Notes: generated by a model not told the origin, from the sequence alone. Shown: positions 12,915 through 26,365, counted from the first letter of the whole stretch. The stretch is DNA of 62,997 nt, filler included, from Polymyxa betae A26-41 (GCA_003693705.1; 5 parts of 5 records of this genome joined end to end with filler, not necessarily neighbours in it); one strand, 5' to 3'. Translations and numbers: made by a program.

Positions 12915-13121
12915 AGGACCTGTAAGTCCTTTCGTGTAGGCGTCGGATAGAATAGTGCTATCTGCGGCAAATCCTTCCCATCCGGCCAGCACATAGGTGA
13001 ACAATAAATCAAAAGAGCAAGCAGTCAGGACGTTCTGGCTCAAGAATCCCTTCCTATTCGTATAAGGCTGTGCTTGACTGGATGGAACAAACGCTGGAAT
13101 GTGAGTCCCATCCAGGGCCAT
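12915..13121 (-). pseudogene. PIF/Harbinger DDE transposase fragment (HARBI1-like)
   Basis: ALDGTHIP...NRKGFLSQNVLTACSFDLLFTYVLAGWEG.AADSTIL is the Harbinger catalytic core; truncated on both sides. Confidence 0.9.
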
Positions 13122-13149
13122 CCGGCAGTCTTAGGTTTAGAGTTTTTGC

Positions 13150-13416
13150 TGCACTGACTCTCAGTGCTCGGACTGCAATAGTTTTAATCTCAGGAGCGGC
13201 TCCCCAACGTGTCATTAAATCTGACCATACAATATCTTCACCTCTGATATGAATAATCACATAGGTGAACTTCTGTATCTGCAGATCCCAACGTTATAAT
13301 TTCAGCGCAACTGGCTTCGAAACTTCTGTTGGTAAAAATATCTGTATCAAGTTTGTATGTTCAGCAAATAACTTGAACGGTCTGTCAACCATAAGTAGAT
13401 AATCTAGCTTTTGTAA
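13150..13416 (-). pseudogene. Ty3/Gypsy RNase H fragment
   Basis: KLDYLL...RW.LQIQ.F.Y.IIHIRGEDIVWSDLMTRWG with an internal stop. Confidence 0.75.
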
Positions 13417-14980
13417 GAGCCTGTTCCAAGTGAAAAAATGCGATAAAAAATGCGGTAATTAAAAAAATGCGGTCCAGGTATGACATCCGAAAAATGCTGA
13501 AAATGACTGTATATTAAATGAAGTAATAAATGAGATCGTGAGTCCTGCGAACTGCGTTGTGTGTAGTCTCTAACAATATCGTCTCCCGATGTCCCTGAAG
13601 TTTCCTCAACGGTCGACGTTGCGACGTCAGCAAGCGTTCCTGCTACTAAGAAGCGAGGCAGGCCAGCGAAGACTGAAGACAGCGCTCCGGATGTACAATG
13701 GTCAACGGAAATGGTTGAAATGATCCTGGATTTGAAGGAATTTCATCGAACTTTCTTCGTGGATTCGAAAAACAAAAATACTATTGCGAAAGGATGGAAT
13801 CGAATCACAAGTGATGTCAAATATACCTTCAATATGGACATATATGTAGACAAAGTTAAGCGGAAGTACCAGGATGTAGACCTGGGCACGGTCCGTTCCG
13901 GTCCGGTCCGGTCCGCGGTTCTCAAGTCTCGGTCCCAGGACGGTCCTATCCCTTGTGAGCGGTCCGGTCCGGTCCGGTCCAGGATTGATGACGGTCCTAT
14001 CGGTCCAGTCCTACACATTGATTCGGTCCGGTCCGGTCCAAAGACCGGTCCTGGACCGGTCTTTCACGGTCCCTTCGCAGTTCCCAGCTCCGTCAAATAA
14101 AATTTTCAAAATTGTTTTCTTCGCGTGCTGGAGACACCGGCGCACTGGCCACGGTCTCCCCTCACGAGTGATAACACAGAAAAACTGTTGAAATTGGCTT
14201 CCTGCAACCGACTCTTCGGGGGAATTTAAGAAAAATCCACTTTAATAACACACTAGGCAGGAATTGAGTATCCTTAACCATAGAAATGCAGGTAGGCGAG
14301 GGGACCCTTGAGGACCGGTCTCACGATCCAGTCCGGTCCGGTCCGGGGTCCTATTATTGGTATGCGGTTCGGTTCAGTCCGGTCCGAGAGCTATGTCGGT
14401 CCTGCACGGTCCCGCCTGAGACTTGATTGGTCCGGTCCGGTTCCGGTCCTGGGACCGGTCCTGGACCTTACCGGACCGGACCGTGCCCAGGTCTACCAGG
14501 ATGTGCAGCGGGCCTATCGACAGCTGACGAAAATCGACGAAAAATCAACTGGAAACGTAAAACTTGCCAAGAAACCGGAATACTGGGACTCACTGGTATC
14601 TCATTTCGGCGGTAATGAGGGTTCTTCCCACGACTGCCTCAACAGTGTAGCGCCTCAAGTTGGCAAGGCTGAAGACTCTGGATCACTTACTAATAATGGG
14701 TTCTAGGAAGTCGCAGGCTTTGCCCAAAAGGCGCCATCTGTACAAACAGTGGTGACCCCTCGGAGATCCATGCGTGCTGTGAGCGAACCTGACGTCTCGA
14801 TCGGCAAGGAGATCAAGGAGGGCTTGCTTGGCATGGGCCAAATGATAGCCTCAGCTTTGGCGGCTCCAAAAGAGGTATAACCGAGTAAGCTGGACAGCAT
14901 CGGAGCCTTGCTGGAGCCGCAGGCTGTACAGACTGAAGAAACGAATAATCTACTTCGTTCCTTAGTGCAGAGTGTGTAGT
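13417..14980 (+). mobile_element. Harbinger-like element remnant encoding an AT-hook/Myb-SANT (MADF-like) protein, disrupted by a MITE
   Basis: Begins TAA|GAGCCTGTTCC (PIF-like TSD/terminus); ORF KKRGRP..WSTEM..GWNRI..KVKRKYQD/VQRAY..STGN..KPEYWD becomes continuous once the MITE is removed; right end not found. Confidence 0.6.
13877..14495. mobile_element. hAT-type MITE, 619 bp
   Basis: TIRs TAGACCTGGGCACGGTCC / GGACCGTGCCCAGGTCTA; perfect 8-bp TSD CCAGGATG at 13869-13876 and 14496-14503; subterminal GGTCC arrays. Confidence 0.93.
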
Positions 14981-15207
14981 GAGGCTGTCTCACATTCAAG
15001 ACAAATAGAACAACTGAGTCAATCGATGCTAATGATTGATCAGTGACATTGATCCATCGGAAGGTATCCGTGGAAAACCCTAACGTGACAGGGGGAGACC
15101 CGAAAGGGCCAAATCGCCACTGGGGGCCCAGTGGCGGCGGAAACTGCGTGAGTCACGTTCCGGCCTCCGGAAGCCCGGAACTACCCTGGCCGGCCTGGAC
15201 GAGACCT

Positions 15208-15307
15208 NNNNNNNNNNNNNNNNNNNNNNNNNNNNNNNNNNNNNNNNNNNNTTAATTAATTAANNNNNNNNNNNNNNNNNNNNNNNNNNNNNNNNNNNNN
15301 NNNNNNN
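15208..15307. other. artificial contig spacer
   Basis: N44-TTAATTAATTAA-N44, stop codons in all six frames; same spacer at three other sites. Confidence 0.97.
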
Positions 15308-15484
15308 ATAAATTGATACGAATTATACGACCTACGAGTGATCGGGTGTTGGTATCAAATGATTCCCACTGTATGTAGCTCCTTCCATTATTTACATTTG
15401 ATAATGATATTTCTCCCTACTCAATGAACTACTCTATATCATGATGATATGTTTGGAAGCGGTGAAAGATAAACAATATGTTTT
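15308..15484 (+). repeat. 177-bp repeat, inverted copy at 31300-31476
   Basis: Reverse complement of the other contig end with 3 mismatches. Confidence 0.95.
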
Positions 15485-16494
15485 AAAGGATTTGTTTGCC
15501 CAAGTCCAGACGGAGAATAACAAAATTGACATCCCAGATTTAATTCGGAATCATTTAATCGATATTGAAGCGGTCTCGGTGACCTTATAAAGCTAAAGCT
15601 TACTTTCTTGGTTTCACCTCTTTCTGTTGACACATTTAGGATGAACTATCGAAGATACAAATTCGTTAAATTCAGCGCGCGAAGAGAATGTAAAAGAGTC
15701 CTTTCGAGTATTTGTTTCATTGCGAAACGTTGAGATGCATAAGCAGGTCGACTCTAGCCGGAAAAGAATCGGACATTAACCAACAATGGAAGTCGAATCA
15801 CTGGAAATGGAATTAATAAATATGTTTCGATGAAACCTATTTACGAAGTGAATCATAGTGTGAATACACTTTATTGCAAAACTAGAGTTGCAATTGACAA
15901 GGTTTGCCATGCCTCTTTAAATGACGATTCAGCGACTGTTTTGTCCTGACAAACTTGGGCATCCCGCTTCATCAAAATAGGAAGCAGAGCAACTATGCTC
16001 AACATTAATAAGGGCGAAAACACCTTCAAATGGCGAAAATACAAAAAAAAAGTTCCGCATCCACAACGGAGTTTTTGCGAAACAAATCTGCGATAAAATC
16101 TGCGAGAAAATCTGCGTTGGCGCAGCCCGGACGTTTGGTGGTTCCTGACTGGATACGTTTGATTTCACGTTCAAGAACTTGAGGTGTCAAATAGCGCAGC
16201 CTTTCGGCCGAGCTGCGAGGAAAGGTCCGTGCGCAACTCCGTAGTCATCTCTAAGGCTGGGAGATCCCTGGGATTCGCCACTCGGTCGTTGTCGTGCTTG
16301 GTGAAGGACTGAGATCTGGGACGTCCTTGCGCAGCCGAGTGTATAAAACAAAGAAAAGGAACAAACATCATAAAACAGGTCGGTCCCATTTCCATACACC
16401 ACCGCTAGCCCTAGCCCTGGTCCCAGGCCTCCAGCCTCTATATCCCTTAGTCGTCTTGGCACTGACTCTCTGTCTATAGATATAACTCATAAAA

Positions 16495-18462
16495 ATGAAC
16501 AGTGGCCAAGTTATGTCGGTTAGCGGTGCCGGAAACTTCACTTCTGCCTCACTTTATGTTGGTGATCTTGCTCCCGATGTCAACGAAGCCCTCCTATTTG
16601 AAATCTTCAACGCTGTCGGTATGTACAGACATGTCCCTTTCTAGGTTATCATTGACTGTATGCTTTAGGTCCTGTGGCTTCTATTCGTGTCTGTCGTGAT
16701 GCGATTACCCGTCGCTCGCTTGGATATGGATACGTCAATTACCACAACGTTGTAGACGCTGAACGTGCCTTGGACACGATGAACTTCACCAACATCGGTT
16801 CTAAGCCATGTCGCATCATGTGGTCTCAACGCGACCCAGCCCTTCGCAAGTCGGGCGTTGGCAACATCTTCGTTAAGAACTTGGACCCAACTATCGACCA
16901 TAAAGCTCTTTACGACACCTTCAGCATGTTCGGTAACATTCTCTCCTGCAAGGTCGCAATGAGCCCCAGTGGCGAAAGCCTCGGATATGGATTCGTTCAT
17001 TACGAGACTGAAGAAAGCGCTACGAAAGCTATCGAGAAGGTTGACGGTATGGTTATCTCTGGTACCCATGTCCAGGTTGCTCGCTGGAAGCCTCGGTCTG
17101 AACGCTCTGGTGATCTACACAAATTCACCAATGTCTATGTGAAAGGCCTTCCCGACTCAGTGGATTCGGAATCTCTACGTGCCATGTTCGAGAAGTTCGG
17201 TCCCGTCACTTCTTTCTTGTTGTCTGAAGACGAGAACGGCAAATCTAAGTGCTTCGGTTTCGTCAATTTCGAACGCCCCGAAGACGCCGAAGTCGCTGTT
17301 CAGGCCCTGAATGGCTGTGAGGTTGATGGAAGCATTCTGACGGTCACCAAGGCTCAGAAGAAGCAAGACCGAGCTAAAGAACTTGCTGTCAAGTTTGAAC
17401 AAATGAAGCTCGAACGTCATAAGCAGTTTGCTGGTGCCAATCTTTACATCAAAAACCTGTCCGATGAATTTGACGATGATCGTCTTCGTAACGAGTTCGC
17501 CTCTTACGGTCCTATCACATCTGCTCGTATCATGCGTGATGACAGTGGTCGCTCCAAAGGCTTCGGCTTCGTATGCTTCTCGAATGCTGATGACGCTACT
17601 AAGGTCGGTTGCTGATATTTCTTTTCAGCTTTAAATGTCATGATGTTATATATTTCAGCTATCTCTGCACATTCTTTGAAGATTACTTCCTTACTGAACT
17701 GTTCTATTACTCTTTGTTAAATTCCTCTTCGCGATTGACTAACATGTCATGTAGGCTGTCACTGAAATGAACGGCAAGATTGTTGATGGCAAGCCTCTCT
17801 ACGTTGCTTTGGCTCAACGAAAGGAAGTTCGTCGTGCTCATTTGGATGCCCAATACCGTGTGAAGATGGGTCAACAGATGCCAATGGGTCAACCTGCTGG
17901 CATGTATCCTCAAGGCCAGCCTGTGTTCTATCCCGCCCAAATTCCTCAACGCCCAGGTTTCGTCTATCCGCCTCAGATGATGGCTCGTCGTGGTTGGCCA
18001 GCTGCACCTTCTGGTCAGGTTATGCAGCGAGGACCTGCTCCTCCTATTCCGGGTCCTCCCGTCATGTATGCTACTGGTATGCGTCAGATGCCTGCTGCAG
18101 GACGTCGTCCCATGCAAGGTGGCCGAGGTGGTGCAACTCGTGGTGGAGCTGCTCGTGCTCCTCCCAAGATGGGAATGATCCCTGTTCAACAACCTCTTAC
18201 TGTTCAAATCTTGGCATCTGCCCCTGTTGAACAGCAAAAACAGATGATTGGTGAACGTTTATTCCCGTTGATTCAGACGCAGCAACCTCAGCTTGCCGGA
18301 AAGATTACGGGCATGCTCTTGGAAATGGACAATGGTGAATTGCTGAACCTGCTTGAGTCACATGAAGCTTTAACAGCAAAGATCGATGAAGCCTTACAAG
18401 TTCTTGAACAGCACCAAGCCCGACAACAGCAGGTAACCGCCGAACAGGAACAGCAAGCCTAA
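16495..18462 (+). CDS. PABP: cytoplasmic poly(A)-binding protein
   Basis: Exons 16495-16618, 16669-17603, 17755-18462; four RRMs ([24 protein letters not shown]) and C-terminal MLLE domain ([12 protein letters not shown]). Confidence 0.97.
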
Positions 18463-18540
18463 GCTCAGTTCTTCATCTACGACCCACCGAGTCTGTTTCC
18501 AATAAATACGTTTGTTTTGTTTGCAAATTGTCTTCAGATT

Positions 18541-19784
18541 TTAGTTAGGAGTTTCATTAAAGTCACTTATCGTGACATCAGTTCTCATAAAGTCTATGCA
18601 CATCGCTTCAGTACAATCTCCCGGTTTCTTGGGATCAAATTTCGCCTTGTAAGCGAGCCCATTCATACAAACCACTACAATTGTATTGGGTTCGTTATCA
18701 AAGGCTACGATGCTCACAGAATCTGCAGTAACACGAAATCTTGAATGAGACCAAGAAGATGAGAAATAGGCAGGAAGCAAGCCAGAAAACGATGATTTCG
18801 TTCCAGGCTGTGGACTAGAATTCTGGTTTGGAATTAAAGAGAAGATGTGGACGGTACCCTTATCGCTTGATGCAACAAGGTAAGTTGAGTCTGGATTAAA
18901 TGCCAACGAAGTGATGCATGCCCTGTCTGATCCTCGTCGAACTTCATGTTGTAATGTGCCTCTAGTCGTATCCCAAACACGAATTAGCGTCCCTACGATT
19001 AACTTTAGGTACAGGATAACGATATTAATGAAAAAAACCTTTTCTGGAAGCTGTTGCTAACAGCGATCCATTGTTATTGATAGCCATAGCTGATAGCTCT
19101 GATTCGTGAGCGGCGATTAAAGTAGTGGGCTGTGTCTTTATATGATAATGCTCTACACGAGCATGACCACGTTGTAATCCAGGGCAGACTACAATTGTAG
19201 CAGATGGTAATGGAGAGACACAGCATAATCCCTCAGGGTTCGTTCCTGTTTCAATATGATCTAGAAACTTGTCAGCAAGCGTAGATCTGTACGATATTAC
19301 GAACCCAGTAGCTTCAGATCGGCAAAGTTGTAGACATAAATCTTTGCATCCAGAACAACAACAATTCTATCTTTCCGCAGTCGTACACCGCGAATTTCAG
19401 ATCGGAAGCTAAGCTAAAGGCAAGTCAGTGAATTACATTCGAGTTTAACAGAAAAAACTCACTTCACCAATGGATCGAGTCTGGTGATCATCCCAAATTA
19501 AAACCTTATTTGGCGGATATCGGGGGTTATGGCCCCCACCGACTAAAGCAATGATATTGCAGCGATACAGCATCTCTGAAAACCCTTAGAAAGGTTCGTG
19601 AAACTAACAGATGATAGCACGAACCAACACAGCCGATTCCTCCAGGTGGATTGAATTCCCTTCTAAAGGTCTCAGCAAATGGATTCACATTAAATATTCT
19701 GAAGCCATTGGTCGTGCCAATAGCTAGACATTGATAATCTTGATTGAAAGACAGAGAGAGAATTTGTGTTCGGCTTGATGTCAT
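18541..19784 (-). CDS. ATG18: PROPPIN WD40 autophagy protein (ATG18/WIPI family), multi-exon
   Basis: [56 protein letters not shown] across short introns. Confidence 0.92.
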
Positions 19785-20202
19785 CGCTCACCGTCGTAAT
19801 GAAATCAATAATGACAACTCTATAAGATCACACTTTAGAACGCACTTTTCATGTCATTTCATGTAAATGGTCCGTTTATGATACCAACATATCTGACAAT
19901 TCGGAGGCACTGCTTCATCCACAATCATGGTATTCAGATGCCATTAGATGGATGTATTTAGGTAAACATGTGCATATCAGTACCGACAAGTTAGACCGGA
20001 GAAGGTTTCAAGCGACTCATTTGCTGACAGCGGCAGATTCTAAGGCAACAGCCTGATAATAAACCGCGCTTCTTTTTACATGGAGGTCAGCTGCAAGTAA
20101 TAGTGGTGCTCTGAAACTCTAAAATAGCAGAGAGCAGTATATAGTGGTGTGTGCTGGGTGAGGGTCATGTCATGTCCGTAGCTATTGATATTTAATAGGA
20201 AC

Positions 20203-22436
20203 ATGTTGAGGTCTGCCAGCAAAATATCACGGACTGCTCTTCCTGAACTTGGAGTTTTACCTCAATTTAAAGGACCACAGCCATTACTATCTCTCAGTCA
20301 TGCTTTCAAATTCCATGCTCAAGAGTCTAGGGCAGCTCCTGGTCAAGGCTCGCTCTCTGATCTTGCATCTCAATATTTGTTGATTGAGATTGGGCGTATT
20401 CCGGCATGGGATAGGCAAGATGCCATGACGAATCTCAAAACCCAGATCCAGGACTTGTTTGAAGAAACCCTGAAATCGTTGGTGCTCTAATTTTGCCATT
20501 TTTCATCGCGGTTAATTGTAGCTTGTAGAAGCGACGACGTTCGTCAATTTGTGAATTTATCGTTATTGAATAAGTTCTATGTGACTCGATTCTATAATGA
20601 TGCATTTCCCTATCGAATCATGCAGCGTTATTATCTTCAATCAGGCCAACACAAAGACGCGGCAGAAATGGAACGAGTTGCGTTGGACAAAATTGGCTGC
20701 GATCGCTCACGATTTCATGCTATTGCTGCTAGCATCGAGCATTTTGATTCTGCTGCTGTCTCATTGGCTAAATACATTCCCAGCTGTGATAAAGAACATC
20801 TTCTTCTTCATCTAATCATTAACAAGGCCGATCAGTATGTATTTTATTGATTTCTGCCATTGAACTGACTATTTACAGAGAGAATGACTCGAAAACGGTT
20901 ATTGATGCGTATTGTTCAGTATCCGATCATTCTGCTATGCCGGCTGAGTATGCTCTGCAATGCACCATAGGGAAATTTCAGCTAAGTTGATGTTTTAGGA
21001 TATTCGCTAAAGTGTTACGACATGTCAGATTATTAGTGCCAAGCACATATTCACCCCCTCTGCTGGTTCCTATTAAGCGGGTTTATCCAATACTTTCTCC
21101 ACAATTCGAAAATCTCCCGAACGATTCTATATCGCAGGCACTTCTTGTGTCTCATTTGTATTCAATCCCTTATTCGTATCGTAGGAAATGTATCAAGACA
21201 TGGCTTTGATTCAGTGCTCAATTGGCGCTGTGGATGCTCTCGTTCAGTTATTTAATCGTGGTCAACCATCGTTTCTCAAGAATCCAATGTCATGTACAAT
21301 ATTGGCTGGTGCCTTTCTTCGCTTGAATATGTACAATTCGTTACAGCAGTTGAAATCAACTCATCGTGTTAAACTCACCATACCGGAACATGTCAAGTAT
21401 GCAACATTGCTTGCAGATGTCCTTCCTCCAGAACAGGTAATCATTCACTCTCCGTCTGTCATACAATCTGACCTGAATATGCTGTTCAGTTTACACCCAG
21501 ATTAGGAGGGTTGCGGTTATCAGCACCCATAGTTTCGGCTGCTTTGCTAACATATTGCTATACTCGAGTAGGGCTTCACGATGATGAGATTGTGATTAAT
21601 GCCATGTCAGCTGTTCAGCAGAATTACGGTACCATTGCCAATTCACATCAAAATCTGCTATAAGTTTTGTTAGGCCATTTGGCTCGACATCGACCAAGCG
21701 CTATCATGTATGCTAGTGCTTGTGCTGAAAGGTCTCTACTATCAATGCCATTTTCTGAAGCTGCCAGTGAAGAATTTGAAATATTATCGCAAAGACCGGC
21801 CTTCCTATCAAACCATAAACTGAGACGTATTCTCACGTCTATACGTGCATGGACTGCGGCTCGTCGTGGCGATCGGTAGTTTCGAACTTCCTTGTATCAA
21901 CTGATGCTGATAAATCGTAGAAAAGAGACCGAATCGATTGTGGCGAAAGCAGTAATTGAGCAAAGAAAAGCTCCAGATTCTCTGCGTGGTGCAATTATTC
22001 GTACAAGTGCTATTGCAGCAGCTATTGCTGTATCCGCTCTAGAGGGTGATTTATGTAGGATCGATTCCTTTATTCGCGGTAAGATAGCTTTGCTGTGAAA
22101 CATCTCAACTTGCTGATTATGTCTATGTCTGTAGATCTAAAGCGAATAAAGCATGTTCCTACTGCATCAGTAATGTACAGCAAAGTCCTTGCTGCCGCTA
22201 TTGCCGACGAGCAAGCTCAGTTCGACGAATACTTCAATAATCTTCACATGCAGTTGCAGCTAGAGGCTTTATCTCCTCATGTTGTGCCAACGTTAGTGGA
22301 TCTGTACGACAGCAGCTATTTTGACGACTCTGAGCTGCTGAAGAAATTATTTACTCCTGAACGGTTATCTGGAAAGGTCACCGAAGACAAATATCTTGTA
22401 AAACTTCGCCAGCTACCCTTATTTTCTAATATATAG
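20203..22436 (+). CDS. hypothetical multi-exon protein with a mitochondrial-presequence-like N-terminus
   Basis: Chain of + strand ORFs separated by ~50-bp GT-AG introns; starts MLRSASKISRTAL; no family recognised. Confidence 0.65.
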
Positions 22437-22639
22437 AATTTCGGTATTGTCGGATATTATCTTGCGACTTAAATAGGCAGATGTGCAATATCAGTGGTTT
22501 GATTTATGCAATTAAGGTCGTAAAGCTCACAGTTTTTTTTCGGACAAACTAAGATACACAATACTCAACAATTTCGAGAAGAAATCAGCACATGTCAAAT
22601 CAGCCATAACGCCATTCATGCATCTCATGCTTTGCCTCA

Positions 22640-23400
22640 TATCATGGCTATGTGGCCCACACGAAATTCGTTAGTATCACCGAGCAATCTGAAGAATTTG
22701 AGGGAGGGCTCGATGAGCGAAATAAAAGCAGTTTATCCGTCAATATTGCAACAGAATGTATTACTGAATGTCTAACATGCAATCATAGCAAGCCTTGAAA
22801 GTGGCCTAAGAAATGTTTGAGATTCGGGAAAGCCACAACCAAACATTTACCTGGTGAGGGGATTGTTTCTGACGATAAACCTACTGTAACCGATGTTTGC
22901 ATTGGCTCATCACCGTTTAATAATTTCTGAATATTTTCACGTTAAGAACAGCACCATGGCAGGAGAAACTCAGTAAACCTGTGCTAATGATTGGATTCTT
23001 TCTTTTGGGTTAGATTGACTTTCTAACGCCGTCACGATTTCGCCAGCAACTAACAGATTTCGGTTTTGCATTCTGGAGATTTGATCATTCAGAGTGGATA
23101 CAATATTGTCATGCTCCTGATGAAGCAAAATATTATATAGTTTTACTGAAGCAGATGCAGAGTTGTTAACCTGTTTCTGCTTCAGTAATCTGATGCTGAG
23201 TGAAAAAGCAGTAGTAGTCATGGAAATAATCCAGATCTCTTGCTTGAAGCGCTGGACATTATGCCAGAATGAGCCCGAGCTAGACCGTGTCCTTGAGCCA
23301 ATAAGATTACTAAATACTTGAAAAACTCTCATACTACAAGTGGAAGATGAGAGATATCAATCTATCTAATGATATAGATACATGTAGTAACCCGCTACTA
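22640..23400 (-). CDS. hypothetical multi-exon protein, ends uncertain
   Basis: 120-aa ORF 22970-23332 plus short downstream exons bounded by GT/AG. Confidence 0.4.
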
Positions 23401-23780
23401 CACTACATCATTCATTATCTAACTACCTAACTACCATCTCACTATTATTGTCTATTTGGTTGTTTGCATTGGATTCTCTCGTTTTTATTGCTACAGGCGG
23501 TGCAGAACTTTCCACTGCATTGCCTGATGTTAGTTAGATCAGGAGCTCCTTCTACCGGTTTCAGAACCTTTCCGTCTTATCTGGTCGTTTAAACACATTA
23601 TAAGACCGGACTAGAGTGGCGTTTTTATCAGATGCCCGAGGTCGAAAGAAATGCTCGAATATTCCCAGCCAGGCCACCTTGGGAAACGAATGTGATGGTT
23701 CAATTCCGAATTGTGTTTTAGCCATAAATTCGGTTTGATTACCATATCTCTATCTCGTATCAGTTTGGAACATCTACCCC

Positions 23781-24518
23781 ATGCTTGCCATACAGATATT
23801 TACTTGGATCACATTACTGACCTATTCATTTTCTCGACTAGATGATAATTTAATTGCAATACATTCAACTGATGGTCAACAGTACCTCACTGAATGTCTT
23901 CAAGATAATCAGAGAACGTTTACTACTTTAATATTGCATTGGGAGACACAATCAACACCAACATATTGTGCTGTTGCAAGTTCGGTAGCTGTCCTAAATG
24001 CACTGAATCTGACCGGGCCAGTATTACCTGGATTTGCAGCCAACATCACATATTTCTCACAAACCAGTCTGATTTCCATGCCTGGCGTTGAGCAATCAGC
24101 ACCCGAACCTATAGTTCGTAAAAGGGGAATGACTCTGGATGTTCTGTTCCATGTATTGAAATCAGCTGCTGGACCCCAGATTGATATTGAGCTAATGCGA
24201 GCTGATACTGATGATTTAGCTGGATTTCGTGAACGTGTCTCTACAGCAGTTTATAACAACAATAGCTTTATATTAGTGAATTATAATCGTGAGTCTATAG
24301 ATCAGAAAGGGGCTGGTCATGTCTCACCTATTGGAGCTTATCATTCTGATACAGATCGAGTTCTTATACTTGATGTAGCAAGATATCTATATCCACCTAT
24401 ATGGGTCCCTATCTCGGATCTGTTTCAGGCATTGAATACAACCGATCCTGTCTCAAATTTAACTCGAGGTTATCTTATAATTAGCGGCAGCGATAAGAAT
24501 GTTAAACAAAATATCTGA
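23781..24518 (+). CDS. phytochelatin synthase-family protein (catalytic domain only) with predicted signal peptide
   Basis: ETQS.PTYCAVAS (Cys), GMTL, VNYNR..I.Q.GAGHVSPIGAY (His), DRVLILDVARY.YPP.WV (Asp), RGY; single exon. Confidence 0.93.
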   Translation: MLAIQIFTWITLLTYSFSRLDDNLIAIHSTDGQQYLTECLQDNQRTFTTLILHWETQSTPTYCAVASSVAVLNALNLTGPVLPGFAANITYFSQTSLISMPGVEQSAPEPIVRKRGMTLDVLFHVLKSAAGPQIDIELMRADTDDLAGFRERVSTAVYNNNSFILVNYNRESIDQKGAGHVSPIGAYHSDTDRVLILDVARYLYPPIWVPISDLFQALNTTDPVSNLTRGYLIISGSDKNVKQNI

Positions 24519-25117
24519 ATTGTTTCAAGCTTGCCCCAACAGATATATCACTCATGTTGATACAAAAATAAATGAGAATCCGGTTATGCTTTCAAACACT
24601 TTCTCGTTGATAGATGCAATCACATACCTTTTGAATATCTTCCAAATACTTGAACAAATGCTGAACAGTTCATATCGTGCTCGATTTCTTCACAAATCGC
24701 AGTATCGTTTCCTTAAAATCAGACCCAAATGTAGACCTGTTTTCCTGCTAAAAAAGCCATCGTTCAACTCACAATGAAAATTGTAGGATTGGGTCATGAA
24801 CAAACCAATGCTGAGCTATGATCAGTGAGTGATGCATGAACAATAGTGAGGAAATTTGATGAGGTGAGAGTCTTGTACATTGTGGGTCGTCTTTGATCTG
24901 GGGTTGTCAAATAACGCCAATTAGTACATAGACAGCGATTATGGATTGTTGGGCAAATTTTCATCGTAATAGACCCGGTTCATTCTAACGCGAGGTTATT
25001 TGAAAGCGAAGATTTCATTAATTAGAGAGTTGAAGGTCTTTATCTTTATGATGAAATAGAAATAAGTGCGGGTTGCCACTTGTTATATAATAAGTTATTT
25101 GGTTAAATTTGGATATT

Positions 25118-26365
25118 ATGGCAGAGATTGATGCAAGTTCATATCTAGATACTCCAAGCCCTAATCATAAGATCCATCAAAATCATACTGATCATAATAT
25201 AGATCATGGACTACTTGTTGAAGCAGAATCATATAAGGCAGATAAGATTATATCTTGTGTTGGATCACATACAATTAAGAGTACGAGACAATGTGCTTCT
25301 AGAATCTCAACTTGTTTTTATCGCTGGCTGTAGGTTCACTTCATGAGAATGAAGATCGATGCTCAGAATCACATCATGATGATTTTTATGTGTTTACTGT
25401 AGCAGATGGTCATGATGGCGCTGATGCATCAAGTTTTGCAATTGATAATCTTAGCTGGAATATATTAAGATCTCAAGAATCTGATTCTAACAATCAATAT
25501 ACAATAGATCATGCATTACGTCAGGCGTTTATTACAACTGATGATCAAGTTGGTTATATTCGAGCTCTTCATATTGCTCCTTAATATTTGTATTATAGTT
25601 CTGTAAATCTGCACGAAGATCTGGCTCAACTTCTGGAACATGTGTTATAGCACTTGTTGTTCGTGGAAGTAATTGACTCTATATAATCATTATATTCATC
25701 ATGTGAATATCTATTAATAGGACATGCTGCATTTGCATCATCTGGCGATTGTGGTGCTGTATTTCATAATCATGATGGCACATATAAATTCATCTGTAAA
25801 CGGCATACAGCTAAAGATCAGTCAGAGGCAGATCGGATCCGTTCTGCTGGAGGATTTATTCAAGGTTTTTGAACTGGTTAATTGTTATTGACATTTAATA
25901 TGAATTGGCTATAGGAGATCGTGTAATGGGTATATTATGTCCTTCTAGAGGATTTGGTGATATTGATGTTCGAGATTCATGTAAGCATTATCAATGTATG
26001 ATTATATGAAGTTTGTAAATATGATCTATTTTAGGTCCTGGTTCCATTATACCAAATCCTGATGTTGTATCTCTTATTATATCTCAGTCTGATAATTCAG
26101 ATCCTGTTAATCCAATATTTGCATTATTGGCTTCTGATGGCGTCTTCGACACAGTCGATCTCAATACTGCTGTCAGTTTGGTTAAAAAGTAAGCCAGAGG
26201 TATAACTCATTGTTTTATCCAAAATCGGTGACATCTGTATTCAGAACATTGATTCTGCACGCTAATCAAGCAAAACGTGCTGAACTTGCTGCACGAAAGC
26301 TTGTTCGATATTGTGCTGATCGAACAACTGATGATATTACTGCCATTGTTATTTGCTTCAGATGA
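25118..26365 (+). CDS. PP2C (PPM) family protein phosphatase, multi-exon
   Basis: NEDR, VADGHDG, SGTC, SGDC, SRGFGD, LASDGVFD, TDDIT motifs over short introns. Confidence 0.92.

Noticed and set aside
13743-14706. SGPVR-rich ORFs
   Set aside because: Translations of MITE GGTCC repeats
15252-15263. TTAATTAATTAA palindrome inside N runs, four times
   Set aside because: Artificial six-frame-stop linker, not biological
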